Origin: a virus
Lineage: Duplodnaviria; Caudoviricetes
Strand: one strand, 5' to 3'
DNA length: 60,502 bases
IMG/VR virus record: IMGVR_UViG_3300023175_000036
Coordinates: 1-60,502 of that record
The notes under the pieces are model-generated. The model had not been told where the DNA came from, did no database searches, and was given only the letters and a program-made list of their open reading frames with translations. Made by a program: the position numbers and the translations under genes. The stretch's first letter is position 1. Every line of letters starts with the position of its first letter. Of the stretch, positions 18,606 to 27,431 are shown piece after piece.

Positions 18606-20429
18606 TTATGCTATAATGTCTAGTGGTTCGTTTACCAAGAAACCAAAAGAGTTATTTACGTCTAATTCTAAAACTGTTCCTGTATTAGCACTAACATTTG
18701 ACACTGTTGTACTTGCACCAGAATTTCTACCTTGAATATTAAATGGTGTTGCAGGATTAGAGGCAAATACAGCAGTTACTTGTATAGCAATACCTGATAC
18801 AATACTGCTTACTGTTACGTTTGTTCCATTATCATCTAACCAAGCACTTGTACTAAGAACTATTCCCCTGTCATTAACAGTGGGAACAATTCCTGTATAA
18901 CTCATAGATCCAACAGTGTTATAAGGATTAGTTACTCCATATCTACTATAAATTATACGTTGTGTTGACCCCATTAAACTTCTAAAGTCGTTGTAATCAT
19001 TTGTTAATCCTGTTGTTGCTACTACACTTTTTGCATCATTTAAAAGTTTATTTTTTAAATAAGCAGGAGATACTCTTGGATTAGCTTGTAAATGTAATGC
19101 TAGTAAACCGGCTACTTGAGGAGCAGCCATACTTGTCCCCCCAATACTCATTATTTTATAATTTGAATTACCTGGATAATCAAACGTAGTATAACCAGAT
19201 GCTTCATTGCTTGATGTACTCATTATACTTTCACCAGGTGCCCATATATTAACCGCAGGACCTTTTTTACTACTTGTTCTTGGTTGATCTAAACTACTTC
19301 CATTTACAGTGCTATCAATGTTACCTACAAAAAATGCATTATCACTATACGGACTACCTGGGCGATGATATAATCTAGAACTTCCGTCAAAATTAGCAAA
19401 ATTATTATAATCTGTTCCGGTTGCTAAATCAGCTTTATAGTAATCATTTCCTGCTGCAATAGTAATATGAATTCCTGCATCTATCATATCTTCAACTTCT
19501 GCATTTGAAAAAGCATTTTGTGCTGGAAAAATTCTAGTACCGCCCAATGGAAGCATTATTCCATAATTTAATAAAAGGTCAGCATCTGATTGACCGCTGT
19601 ATGTCCACGGAGTACCTTGATATGTTCCTCCTGTTGGAGCTGATGTAGAAGTATTTAAATACCCCCAACTCATGTTAACAACAGTAGGACGTCCACTTAC
19701 TTTATTTAAATGCCACAAACGTATAGCATCAAATGCATCAGCAATTGGAATGCCAGTACCGTCAGTGCCTGTTGGTGTTTCTAATCCTTGCAATTTCATT
19801 GAATATATAGCAGCACCTTTTGCCCATCCATAAGTTTTACCTGCTGCTATACCTGCACAATGAGTTCCATGTCCGTCTCTGTCTCTGTAAAAATCTACAC
19901 TTTGAGTTCCGGTTAATCCACTTAATCCATACCAATCAATTTGTACAAGTCTTGTAGTTCCTTCTGAACTTTCCCATTCTGGATGTCCTGGCTGTATACC
20001 GCTATCCATAATAACAATATCAACGCCTGACCCGTCTAATACATAATCATAATTTCCTGCTACTGTTCTACTAGAACCGTATACATTTGTTGTTTCTATA
20101 CTACGTCTTAAACCCCAATTAACATCATTAACACTACTAAACCCTCTATAAAAGGTTCCTTCTTGATATGATCTAAACCCAATTTCAATGTCGTCTCTTT
20201 GATCTGGCGGTAATTCAACTGCTTCAATCCTAGGATCGTTTTCTAATTCTCTTGCTTCTTCATCTGTAAGATACCAATGAGTTATGCGGTTTGATCCTAA
20301 TCTCGGATTTGCTATTTCTACTGTTCTATTTGGTATTGATTCAACACCGTATGTTGCAGACATTTCTGCATCAAGTTCAGCTAGGTTTACACCACGTTTA
20401 ACAATGACAGCATATTCTTTTTCAACCAT
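18606..20429 (-). CDS. Subtilisin-like serine protease (peptidase S8) with propeptide-like N-terminus
   Basis: Catalytic triad motifs DIVIMDSG, HGTHCAG, GTSMAAP; oxyanion motif AAGN. Confidence 0.92.
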   Translation of the reverse strand: MVEKEYAVIVKRGVNLAELDAEMSATYGVESIPNRTVEIANPRLGSNRITHWYLTDEEARELENDPRIEAVELPPDQRDDIEIGFRSYQEGTFYRGFSSVNDVNWGLRRSIETTNVYGSSRTVAGNYDYVLDGSGVDIVIMDSGIQPGHPEWESSEGTTRLVQIDWYGLSGLTGTQSVDFYRDRDGHGTHCAGIAAGKTYGWAKGAAIYSMKLQGLETPTGTDGTGIPIADAFDAIRLWHLNKVSGRPTVVNMSWGYLNTSTSAPTGGTYQGTPWTYSGQSDADLLLNYGIMLPLGGTRIFPAQNAFSNAEVEDMIDAGIHITIAAGNDYYKADLATGTDYNNFANFDGSSRLYHRPGSPYSDNAFFVGNIDSTVNGSSLDQPRTSSKKGPAVNIWAPGESIMSTSSNEASGYTTFDYPGNSNYKIMSIGGTSMAAPQVAGLLALHLQANPRVSPAYLKNKLLNDAKSVVATTGLTNDYNDFRSLMGSTQRIIYSRYGVTNPYNTVGSMSYTGIVPTVNDRGIVLSTSAWLDDNGTNVTVSSIVSGIAIQVTAVFASNPATPFNIQGRNSGASTTVSNVSANTGTVLELDVNNSFGFLVNEPLDIIA

Positions 20430-20431
20430 AC

Positions 20432-21766
20432 TTAAAACTCGTATATCAATATTATTACATCGCCTACATCTACTGAAGCGCCGTCGCCTTCTCTATAAAG
20501 TATCATATCAAAGCTAGATGTACCTCTTGTAATTGGAATATAAACTCCTGTAGCATTTGTATAATCATTAATAGTTGCTACTACTTGATAATCGCTTACT
20601 GATGCATATGCTGAACTAAAACTAACAGTATAGTCACCTGACGCATTTTGTGTTACACCACTGATTCCTGAACTTCCTGTCCAGGTAGGGGATGCACCTA
20701 GTGTTACATATCCTCCATGAACCGGAGTAGGAACACCGTTAATTGTAACACCGTCTGGTGCTGTTATACTAAATGAACTTGTGCTATCAATTTGGGGTGT
20801 GCCAGCATTTGATGTTTCTAACGTATCAACAGTTAATGTGTTATTAATTGTAACAGCATCATTTGTAGTTGCACCTCTTGCAGTAATATTTGCTAGGGTT
20901 GATGTTTCTGTATAACTTGTTAGATAGCCGCTTAAATCTGGTGGAGCATAACTAAACACTCCAGTTGTATTATTGTAAGCTAAAGATCCGCCGCCATTAG
21001 CGGCATTCTGTGTTACACTTAAATCAGTAAGTGCTATTCCGCCGCCGCCACCTGTTGCTTGTAAATCAGCAGCAGGCGCCCAACTAGTTCCATTCCATTT
21101 TAAAACCTCGCCACTACTTGGTGCAGTTGCACTAACATCTGTTAAGTCTGACAGTGTAGTAGGTACAGTTGGTATAGTTGGTGTGTTTGTAAAATTATTA
21201 TAGTTTAGATAGTAGGCAGAACCTTGTCCATTGAGTGTACTAGCATCTGACGAACTACTACTTCCACCACCACCAGTTGTTGCAGGTTCGATCCATTGAC
21301 TACTAGTTCCATCGTTAACATAAATGTATAATTTACCAGTTTCTGTATTAAGCCATAAATTACCTGAGCTTGGATCACTCGGCACAGTGTCTGATACGTC
21401 TACTGTTGCGCCGCCACCGCTAAGATCTACGTCTTCAGGCATAAAGTGTTCGTGTTCCGCACTCCATACTAGTATTTGACCTGGAGTAGGCGGAGTCAAG
21501 TACATTACATCGCTGAATGCACTGATACTAATTCCACTTAAATCTGTATTTTTTACAAATGCACTAGTATCAACGTTGTTTAAGTCTGCTCGTGCTAATT
21601 CAAATCCAGCGACATCTTCAGATCTTCCGCTATAAACTCTTAGTGAATTTGAATCTCTAGAAAAGAATACTTCACCACTAGAACCAACGTTTCTGTCAAG
21701 AAAGTCTGTTGCTCTAGGAATTATTCGTATTCTGTCAACAATAGGTGCTGTACTCGATCCTGCCAC
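20432..21766 (-). CDS. Fibre/appendage protein (GTG start)
   Basis: G.LWLNTETG.LYIY, LTDV..GEVLKWNG, YNNTTGVFSY.PPDLS repeats shared with 16913-18580; AGGAG SD and AATAAATA promoter. Confidence 0.7.
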   Translation of the reverse strand: MAGSSTAPIVDRIRIIPRATDFLDRNVGSSGEVFFSRDSNSLRVYSGRSEDVAGFELARADLNNVDTSAFVKNTDLSGISISAFSDVMYLTPPTPGQILVWSAEHEHFMPEDVDLSGGGATVDVSDTVPSDPSSGNLWLNTETGKLYIYVNDGTSSQWIEPATTGGGGSSSSSDASTLNGQGSAYYLNYNNFTNTPTIPTVPTTLSDLTDVSATAPSSGEVLKWNGTSWAPAADLQATGGGGGIALTDLSVTQNAANGGGSLAYNNTTGVFSYAPPDLSGYLTSYTETSTLANITARGATTNDAVTINNTLTVDTLETSNAGTPQIDSTSSFSITAPDGVTINGVPTPVHGGYVTLGASPTWTGSSGISGVTQNASGDYTVSFSSAYASVSDYQVVATINDYTNATGVYIPITRGTSSFDMILYREGDGASVDVGDVIILIYEF

Positions 21767-21802
21767 ATTAATCTCCTAAATCTATACTGTATTTATTTAG
21801 AA

Positions 21803-22381
21803 TCAGTAGCGTCCAACACCTAGTATATAAACTCCATTCCACCAACCGTTTTCGTTTTCAACTAATTCTTCAAGAATAATACGTTCAAAATGTATATGTA
21901 ACCCACTTTCTTCTAATGCTTGTTTGGCGCCTTCTACAGTGCCATCAAAATTTGCATCGTCAACTATTACTATTGCCTGATTAGAAAGTGCAGGAGCATA
22001 ATGTTTGATTGCAGCTTTGGTTTCATTTTTGCCGTGAGGACCATCATAAAAGAAAACATCAATAGGTTTAAAATCTGAAATGTCAACTTGATATAAATCA
22101 CCATCGTAAATTTTAATATCGTTATCACCTTGATGTGCTTGTATGTTTTTAAGAAAATCTTCTTTACTGTTTGGTGGTAATCTTGGATGATCCTCTCTAA
22201 CAGGTTGAACGTTTTCTTCCCAATTATCAACAAAATATGCAGTTAACTTATTACCATCGATAGCAGGAACAGCAGTTGCTCCTAGATAACATCCTACTTC
22301 TAGATATGTTTCGGCGCAACTACAAACATTGTGTAGGAAAGATTGTATTTTATGAGATGTTAGTCCGTGTATGCGCCACAT
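21803..22381 (-). CDS. Class I SAM-dependent methyltransferase (Methyltransf_24-like)
   Basis: YLEVGCYLGAT, VDNW, DVFFYDGPH, IVDD motifs. Confidence 0.85.
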   Translation of the reverse strand: MWRIHGLTSHKIQSFLHNVCSCAETYLEVGCYLGATAVPAIDGNKLTAYFVDNWEENVQPVREDHPRLPPNSKEDFLKNIQAHQGDNDIKIYDGDLYQVDISDFKPIDVFFYDGPHGKNETKAAIKHYAPALSNQAIVIVDDANFDGTVEGAKQALEESGLHIHFERIILEELVENENGWWNGVYILGVGRY

Positions 22382-23415
22382 ATCGATTCCACTATAATGT
22401 TATTAATTGTATATGATTTTTGCCCGTTTTTAGCTTCATAAAGTTTATCACACTTGTTACAGTCCCAACAATCAAACTTACAGTTTTTAATAAACTGTCT
22501 CCAAGCATCTATTGGTTTACCTTTTAAATTAGTGTTATTAATATATCCGTCAAAGTCAGAAAATAGTATTTCTTCTTTATTTTTATACTTTTTAATAATA
22601 TCCATAGTAGAATATAACTGTGCTATACTTTCTCTACCATGCATTTTAATAACGTCTACATAATAAAGCATTTCAACCCAGTCTTGTCTCCAAGGAGGAA
22701 TGTTTGCTGTCTTAAGTGGTGTAGCAGGATCTGTTACGTCCCATTTAGGACAACTTACTCTACTGATTGCATCATTAAAATATTGAGGACCTGTAGTACG
22801 TGTGTTATTAAAATGAAAATGTTCACCCATTACTGGACAACTTCCTAGGCATCCTTCGTTACCTAAAAGTGCAATTTTAATACCGTACTTTTGTTTAACT
22901 TTTTTAATTTTAATAAGTTCGTCTTTATTACGCATTAAATCTCTATCTATGTTAATATAGTGAAATCCTGCTTCTGCTTGTTTTGCAACATCAGCTGCTG
23001 TATTCACTTCTCTCAATATAGTATTTTTAATTTGTAATTGTGGGAACTCTTTTTTTATTTGTCCTGTCATTACCCAATGGGTGTGAGGAATAGTTGCAGA
23101 TCGAATACCTTTATGATGATATAAAGGTTTAAAATTTTCAATCCACAAATCAAGATTACTTTGATCAGGACGGACCTGCATGTTGTTAAATGTTGCTGAT
23201 AGCGGTATTCCTAACTTGTCCTGAATAATGAGTGAATTTTCAATTAAGTCGTTAGGATCATTAACAAATACATCTCCCATCGCGTCCTGATCAAATGGGG
23301 GTATACGACTTGTTATATAAACATCGTATATTAAGTCTTTATGATCAGCGCAAAATTGATAGAATTCTTCAAATTGACGCTGATTTAGTTTTGGGTTTAA
23401 TGGTACACTAAACAT
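22360..23415 (-). CDS. Peptidase U32-like (UbiU/TrhP-superfamily) Fe-S protein
   Basis: GF.YINIDRDLMRN, LLGNEGCLGSCP, SCPKW, VIKMHGRE (compare U32 KIEGR), C-terminal CKFDCWDCNKC. Confidence 0.65.
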   Translation of the reverse strand: MFSVPLNPKLNQRQFEEFYQFCADHKDLIYDVYITSRIPPFDQDAMGDVFVNDPNDLIENSLIIQDKLGIPLSATFNNMQVRPDQSNLDLWIENFKPLYHHKGIRSATIPHTHWVMTGQIKKEFPQLQIKNTILREVNTAADVAKQAEAGFHYINIDRDLMRNKDELIKIKKVKQKYGIKIALLGNEGCLGSCPVMGEHFHFNNTRTTGPQYFNDAISRVSCPKWDVTDPATPLKTANIPPWRQDWVEMLYYVDVIKMHGRESIAQLYSTMDIIKKYKNKEEILFSDFDGYINNTNLKGKPIDAWRQFIKNCKFDCWDCNKCDKLYEAKNGQKSYTINNIIVESICGAYTD

Positions 23416-23424
23416 GAAACTATC

Positions 23425-24243
23425 TTATTCTTCTTTGTCTTTTCTATTAAGGATCTTTTTAGCAAGTAGTTTGTCTGTAACACTAGGCACATCATATTCA
23501 GGAATTGCACCTTTATTTTCAAGCAATCCTTCGTGTACTGCTCCTGCAATTTCTTTAAGCCCTTGTGTTAATCTTTCGTTATACTGTATAGTTGTTGCAA
23601 GTGTTTCAATTTGATCTTCTTCTGGCATCATTGCAATTGAATCCATATTACCTGAACCAATTCTACCATATGAAATCATATCCATTGCTGCTTGTTTAGC
23701 CATACGTGTAACCCAGTACTTGCGTTCTTCTTCGTGATCGTAAGTATATGCCTTTTTAAGCATTTCTTTGTCACCGCCTGAAATCTTTTTAACTAAGTCG
23801 ATAAAAACTTTTACTTCTTCTGAAGCTTGTTTTATTTTTCTATTCCAGACTTTAACATCATGCTCCATGTCTTCAATGTCAACAGAAATAAGTTCTTTTT
23901 GTAATTCATCTGTTGTTTCTTGAAGTTGTTTTTTTGCAATTTTAATTTCAACTAGTTTTCTTTTTAGACTGTTGTTAATGTTGTGCCAAGAGTGATGACG
24001 TGTTTCTAGTTCTAGCAAACACTGTTTTAGTTTTCTGTATGGGGTAAGTTGCGAATCAGCAACAAAATGTTCTGATTGATATTGAGATTGGCCGCTGTTT
24101 AGGTTCAATGCACCGTCTAAAATCTCATGCTCTAACTCGTCTAGCTGAAAAAATTCTTCAAACCCTTCATATGGCGAAACCCGTGTTTCTAAAGCCATAT
24201 GAGCATTTGCGTTATTTTTCTCTGCTTGTGATTGTTCACTCAT
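23425..24243 (-). CDS. Coiled-coil hypothetical protein
   Basis: 272-aa helical ORF; AGGAG SD and TGTAAATA promoter at 24284-24291. Confidence 0.75.
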   Translation of the reverse strand: MSEQSQAEKNNANAHMALETRVSPYEGFEEFFQLDELEHEILDGALNLNSGQSQYQSEHFVADSQLTPYRKLKQCLLELETRHHSWHNINNSLKRKLVEIKIAKKQLQETTDELQKELISVDIEDMEHDVKVWNRKIKQASEEVKVFIDLVKKISGGDKEMLKKAYTYDHEEERKYWVTRMAKQAAMDMISYGRIGSGNMDSIAMMPEEDQIETLATTIQYNERLTQGLKEIAGAVHEGLLENKGAIPEYDVPSVTDKLLAKKILNRKDKEE

Positions 24244-24310
24244 TTATTTCTTCTCCTTTAAAAAAGTTTCATTGGACTATGTTTATTTACAACAAAACTT
24301 TTTTTAAGGA

Positions 24311-25132
24311 TTAGAAATTGAGTTTGTTACCAAATCTTGGGTTATTTTGATCTACGTATGTAACACCGTCTTCTTCATAGATACGTACACCGTCTTCATC
24401 CATAAGACCCATCGAAACTGCTTGTGCTGCTGGCATCATAATACCAAAATATTCTTCAAACAGAATATTCATTTGCCAAACATTTGGGGCAGTTTTAAAT
24501 TTCTTCACTAGAGTCTGATATTTTACTAACATTGTAGACAGGTTATCTTCATATTGTTCTGCTTTGCTAAGGATTTTGTTAGCAAGAGCAGTTTTATCTA
24601 AAGATCTTTCAGCAGCAAGGTAATCTAAAAATGGAGTTACATGCGCAGGATCATCGCCGTAAGTTAACCATTCACGTGCTTCGTGTTTTTGAATTTCCCA
24701 ACTTGCTTTTTCTACTTCTGTAGTGTTATGTAAATGACGGAATCTAAAATTGTATTCTGTATCAATAATTTCTTTAGCAAAACGATACATGAAAGTTCGG
24801 ATTTGTTCTTTAATTTCAGGAGTCAGCGTAAAAGGAACTTTGTCTTCTTCAGGAATAGCATCAGTTTCTGCCCAACCTTGATCATTATTCCAAATTTTCA
24901 CTGTATCTCTAATTTCAGAGAAAAACAAACTTCCATATTTTGCTTCTTCAGCTGTTACTTCTTCATAACCTGCTGGTATAGTTGGATAAATTGTATCAAA
25001 CAAAGGTTCTGCAATTTCTACACAGCTTAAATCAAAAAGAGAATATAAGTCTTTGCAGTAAATGTTTGGGTCGTTTTCGCTCATACCAAAATATGGTCTC
25101 ATAGCTTCTGTTTTTGTAATTATATATTTCAT
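24311..25132 (-). CDS. Probable tail-fibre assembly/chaperone-type protein
   Basis: SWEIQKHEAREWL..TPFLDYLAAERS..LANKILSKAEQY resembles the motif of small proteins found downstream of phage fibre genes. Confidence 0.55.
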   Translation of the reverse strand: MKYIITKTEAMRPYFGMSENDPNIYCKDLYSLFDLSCVEIAEPLFDTIYPTIPAGYEEVTAEEAKYGSLFFSEIRDTVKIWNNDQGWAETDAIPEEDKVPFTLTPEIKEQIRTFMYRFAKEIIDTEYNFRFRHLHNTTEVEKASWEIQKHEAREWLTYGDDPAHVTPFLDYLAAERSLDKTALANKILSKAEQYEDNLSTMLVKYQTLVKKFKTAPNVWQMNILFEEYFGIMMPAAQAVSMGLMDEDGVRIYEEDGVTYVDQNNPRFGNKLNF

Positions 25133-25135
25133 AGT

Positions 25136-26287
25136 TTAAAATCCTGATCCTGCTATTACTGTTGCTGCTCCTGTACTACAAGCACCTGATGATTGTCCGT
25201 AGTGTCCTTTAGGCATAGCATTTGCACCTAAAGTAATTTGTGAGTCTGAGGTATAACTTTGTTTCACTGTATGGTTATTTTGTTGTCCATCGTAGTGTCC
25301 CATTATATAACCCCAATCTTGTCCTTCTTCTGAATTTTCTTCTCCATAAGCTCGGACTTTGTTAAATGTTGATAATGTTGCTCCGTTAGCATCATTAAAT
25401 TTAGCAATACCACTTGTAACATTGTTGCCACTAAATGCATAATGATATCCGTATTTACTTCCTAGGTTCTTAGTTTGGTAACTAGTTTTACCGTAGTAAC
25501 CTCCTTGATCCCAATTTGCTGTCCAAGTTGCATTAGCCCAAGTTACGTATTGATATTCGTTTCCATTGTGATTAAAGTAGCCTCTAAGTTCGCCTCCAAC
25601 AGCATCGCCTCTACCACCATAGTTAGAACCCCAACCGGTGTACATAACTTCTGTTGGAAAATGCATACGGTTAGTACTGGAAGGACCGCCTCCAGTTATC
25701 CAACCACTTTGTCCTTTCATATCTTCAGTTGCTGCTGCATCAACACGAGATACGTCCATTTTCATACCACCAACGTGATTACCAAATCCAGCAGTACCAT
25801 AACCTAGTCCTTGGTTCTTTGGATCATTGCCTACATATCCATAACTAATACCGCTAGATGAAAACCCATCTGCTGTAAACATTCTAATAGATCCGTTTGC
25901 TAAACTGTAAGAACATATTTGATCATGTGAGTTAGCATATCCATTAGTTGAACAGATATATGCGTGATAATCACTCCAAAAACCATTTGTATAAGCACAA
26001 TAGTTTGATAACTGTTCGCCGCAATATACTGTTGTATCAGTTTGGTGCCATGTTTTGTTTACACTGCGCCAAGGAGTAGATCCTTTGTATCCACCTGCTA
26101 GGTATCCGTGTGTAAATATTGATCTGTAACGCCACTGTGCGTTGTCTGGAGTAAAGCCAGTAAACCCGCTACCCATGTAGCCCCAGTTTGTGCCGTCACT
26201 ACCGTTTGATATCAGTTTAGAACCTCTAGAATTTGCGTCTGAAGTTGGTACTGGTGTTACTTGTACTGCTCCTAGATAAAATGCCAT
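25136..26287 (-). CDS. Gly/aromatic-rich putative virion protein, paralogue 3 of 3
   Basis: WRYRSIFTHGYLAGGYKG...MPKGHYGQSSGAC shared with both neighbours. Confidence 0.75.
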   Translation of the reverse strand: MAFYLGAVQVTPVPTSDANSRGSKLISNGSDGTNWGYMGSGFTGFTPDNAQWRYRSIFTHGYLAGGYKGSTPWRSVNKTWHQTDTTVYCGEQLSNYCAYTNGFWSDYHAYICSTNGYANSHDQICSYSLANGSIRMFTADGFSSSGISYGYVGNDPKNQGLGYGTAGFGNHVGGMKMDVSRVDAAATEDMKGQSGWITGGGPSSTNRMHFPTEVMYTGWGSNYGGRGDAVGGELRGYFNHNGNEYQYVTWANATWTANWDQGGYYGKTSYQTKNLGSKYGYHYAFSGNNVTSGIAKFNDANGATLSTFNKVRAYGEENSEEGQDWGYIMGHYDGQQNNHTVKQSYTSDSQITLGANAMPKGHYGQSSGACSTGAATVIAGSGF

Positions 26288-26288
26288 G

Positions 26289-27431
26289 TTACATTCCGCT
26301 CCCTACTACTGTTGCTGCTCCAGTTGAACATGCGCCTGATGATTGTCCATAATGTCCTTTAGGCATTGCACCTGCGCCAAGTGTTACTTCTGAATCGCTT
26401 GAGTGACTCTGTTTAATAGTATGGTTATTTTGTTGTCCATCATAGTGACCCATTATATAACCATGATCTTGACCATCTTCTACGTTATCTTCACCGTAAG
26501 AGCGAACCTTGTTAAAGTTTGCTAATGTTGCACCAGTTGCATCACTAAATCTTGCTTTACCTGAAGTAACATTATTGCCAGTACCAATGTAATGATGTCC
26601 CCATTTAGTAGACTGTATTTTACAATGGTTATCTTTACCCCAACCACCGCCTTGTGGCCAGTTGGTTGTCCAAGTACTATTACTCCATGTTACATATCTA
26701 TACTGTGTTCCCGACCACTGGAAGTAGCCTCTTAGCTCACCAGCACCTGCTGTGCCCCTACCGCTTTGACCTGAATCCCAGCCTGCATACATAACTTCTG
26801 TTGGGAAGTGCAAACGATTGGTAGTAGTACTCCCGCCGCCTGTCATCCAACCGCCTTGTCCTTTAATATCTTGTGTTCCGGCACCGTCTACGATAGCTGT
26901 GTTAAGTTTCATACCACCAACGTGGTTACTAAATCCGCCCGATCCGTATGTTAAGCCTTCGTTCTTTGGATCATTGCCTTCGTAGCCATAAGTTAATCCA
27001 GATGATGAAAATCCATCAGCAGTAAACATACGTATTGTGCCATTTGCTAGACTATAACTAGAAATACTGTCTCCGGCGGCATTAAATCCGCCACCAGTTT
27101 GAATATAACCGTTGTAGTCAGAATAAAAACCATCGCAGTATGCTTGTGCAAAACTAATTTGTTCACCTAAATAAATTGTAGTATCAGTTTGGTGCCAAGT
27201 TTTATTTACCGAACGCCATGGATTAGAACCTTTATATCCTGCTGCTAGATATCCATGCGTGTAAATTGATCTGTAACGCCACTGTGCGTTATCTATAGCA
27301 CCACTACTAGTATTACCCATGTATCCCCAAAATGAACCTGAGGATCCGTCTGAAATAAGTGATGCTCCCCTTGATGCATCATTGCCTGGAGGAACAAATT
27401 CTAATGTAACATTTCCTAATTTAAATGCCAT
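26289..27431 (-). CDS. Gly/aromatic-rich putative virion protein, paralogue 2 of 3; start revised to 27431
   Basis: MAFKLG start matches the MAFY(L/I)G starts of the paralogues; TAATG coupling to the upstream stop. Confidence 0.75.
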   Translation of the reverse strand: MAFKLGNVTLEFVPPGNDASRGASLISDGSSGSFWGYMGNTSSGAIDNAQWRYRSIYTHGYLAAGYKGSNPWRSVNKTWHQTDTTIYLGEQISFAQAYCDGFYSDYNGYIQTGGGFNAAGDSISSYSLANGTIRMFTADGFSSSGLTYGYEGNDPKNEGLTYGSGGFSNHVGGMKLNTAIVDGAGTQDIKGQGGWMTGGGSTTTNRLHFPTEVMYAGWDSGQSGRGTAGAGELRGYFQWSGTQYRYVTWSNSTWTTNWPQGGGWGKDNHCKIQSTKWGHHYIGTGNNVTSGKARFSDATGATLANFNKVRSYGEDNVEDGQDHGYIMGHYDGQQNNHTIKQSHSSDSEVTLGAGAMPKGHYGQSSGACSTGAATVVGSGM

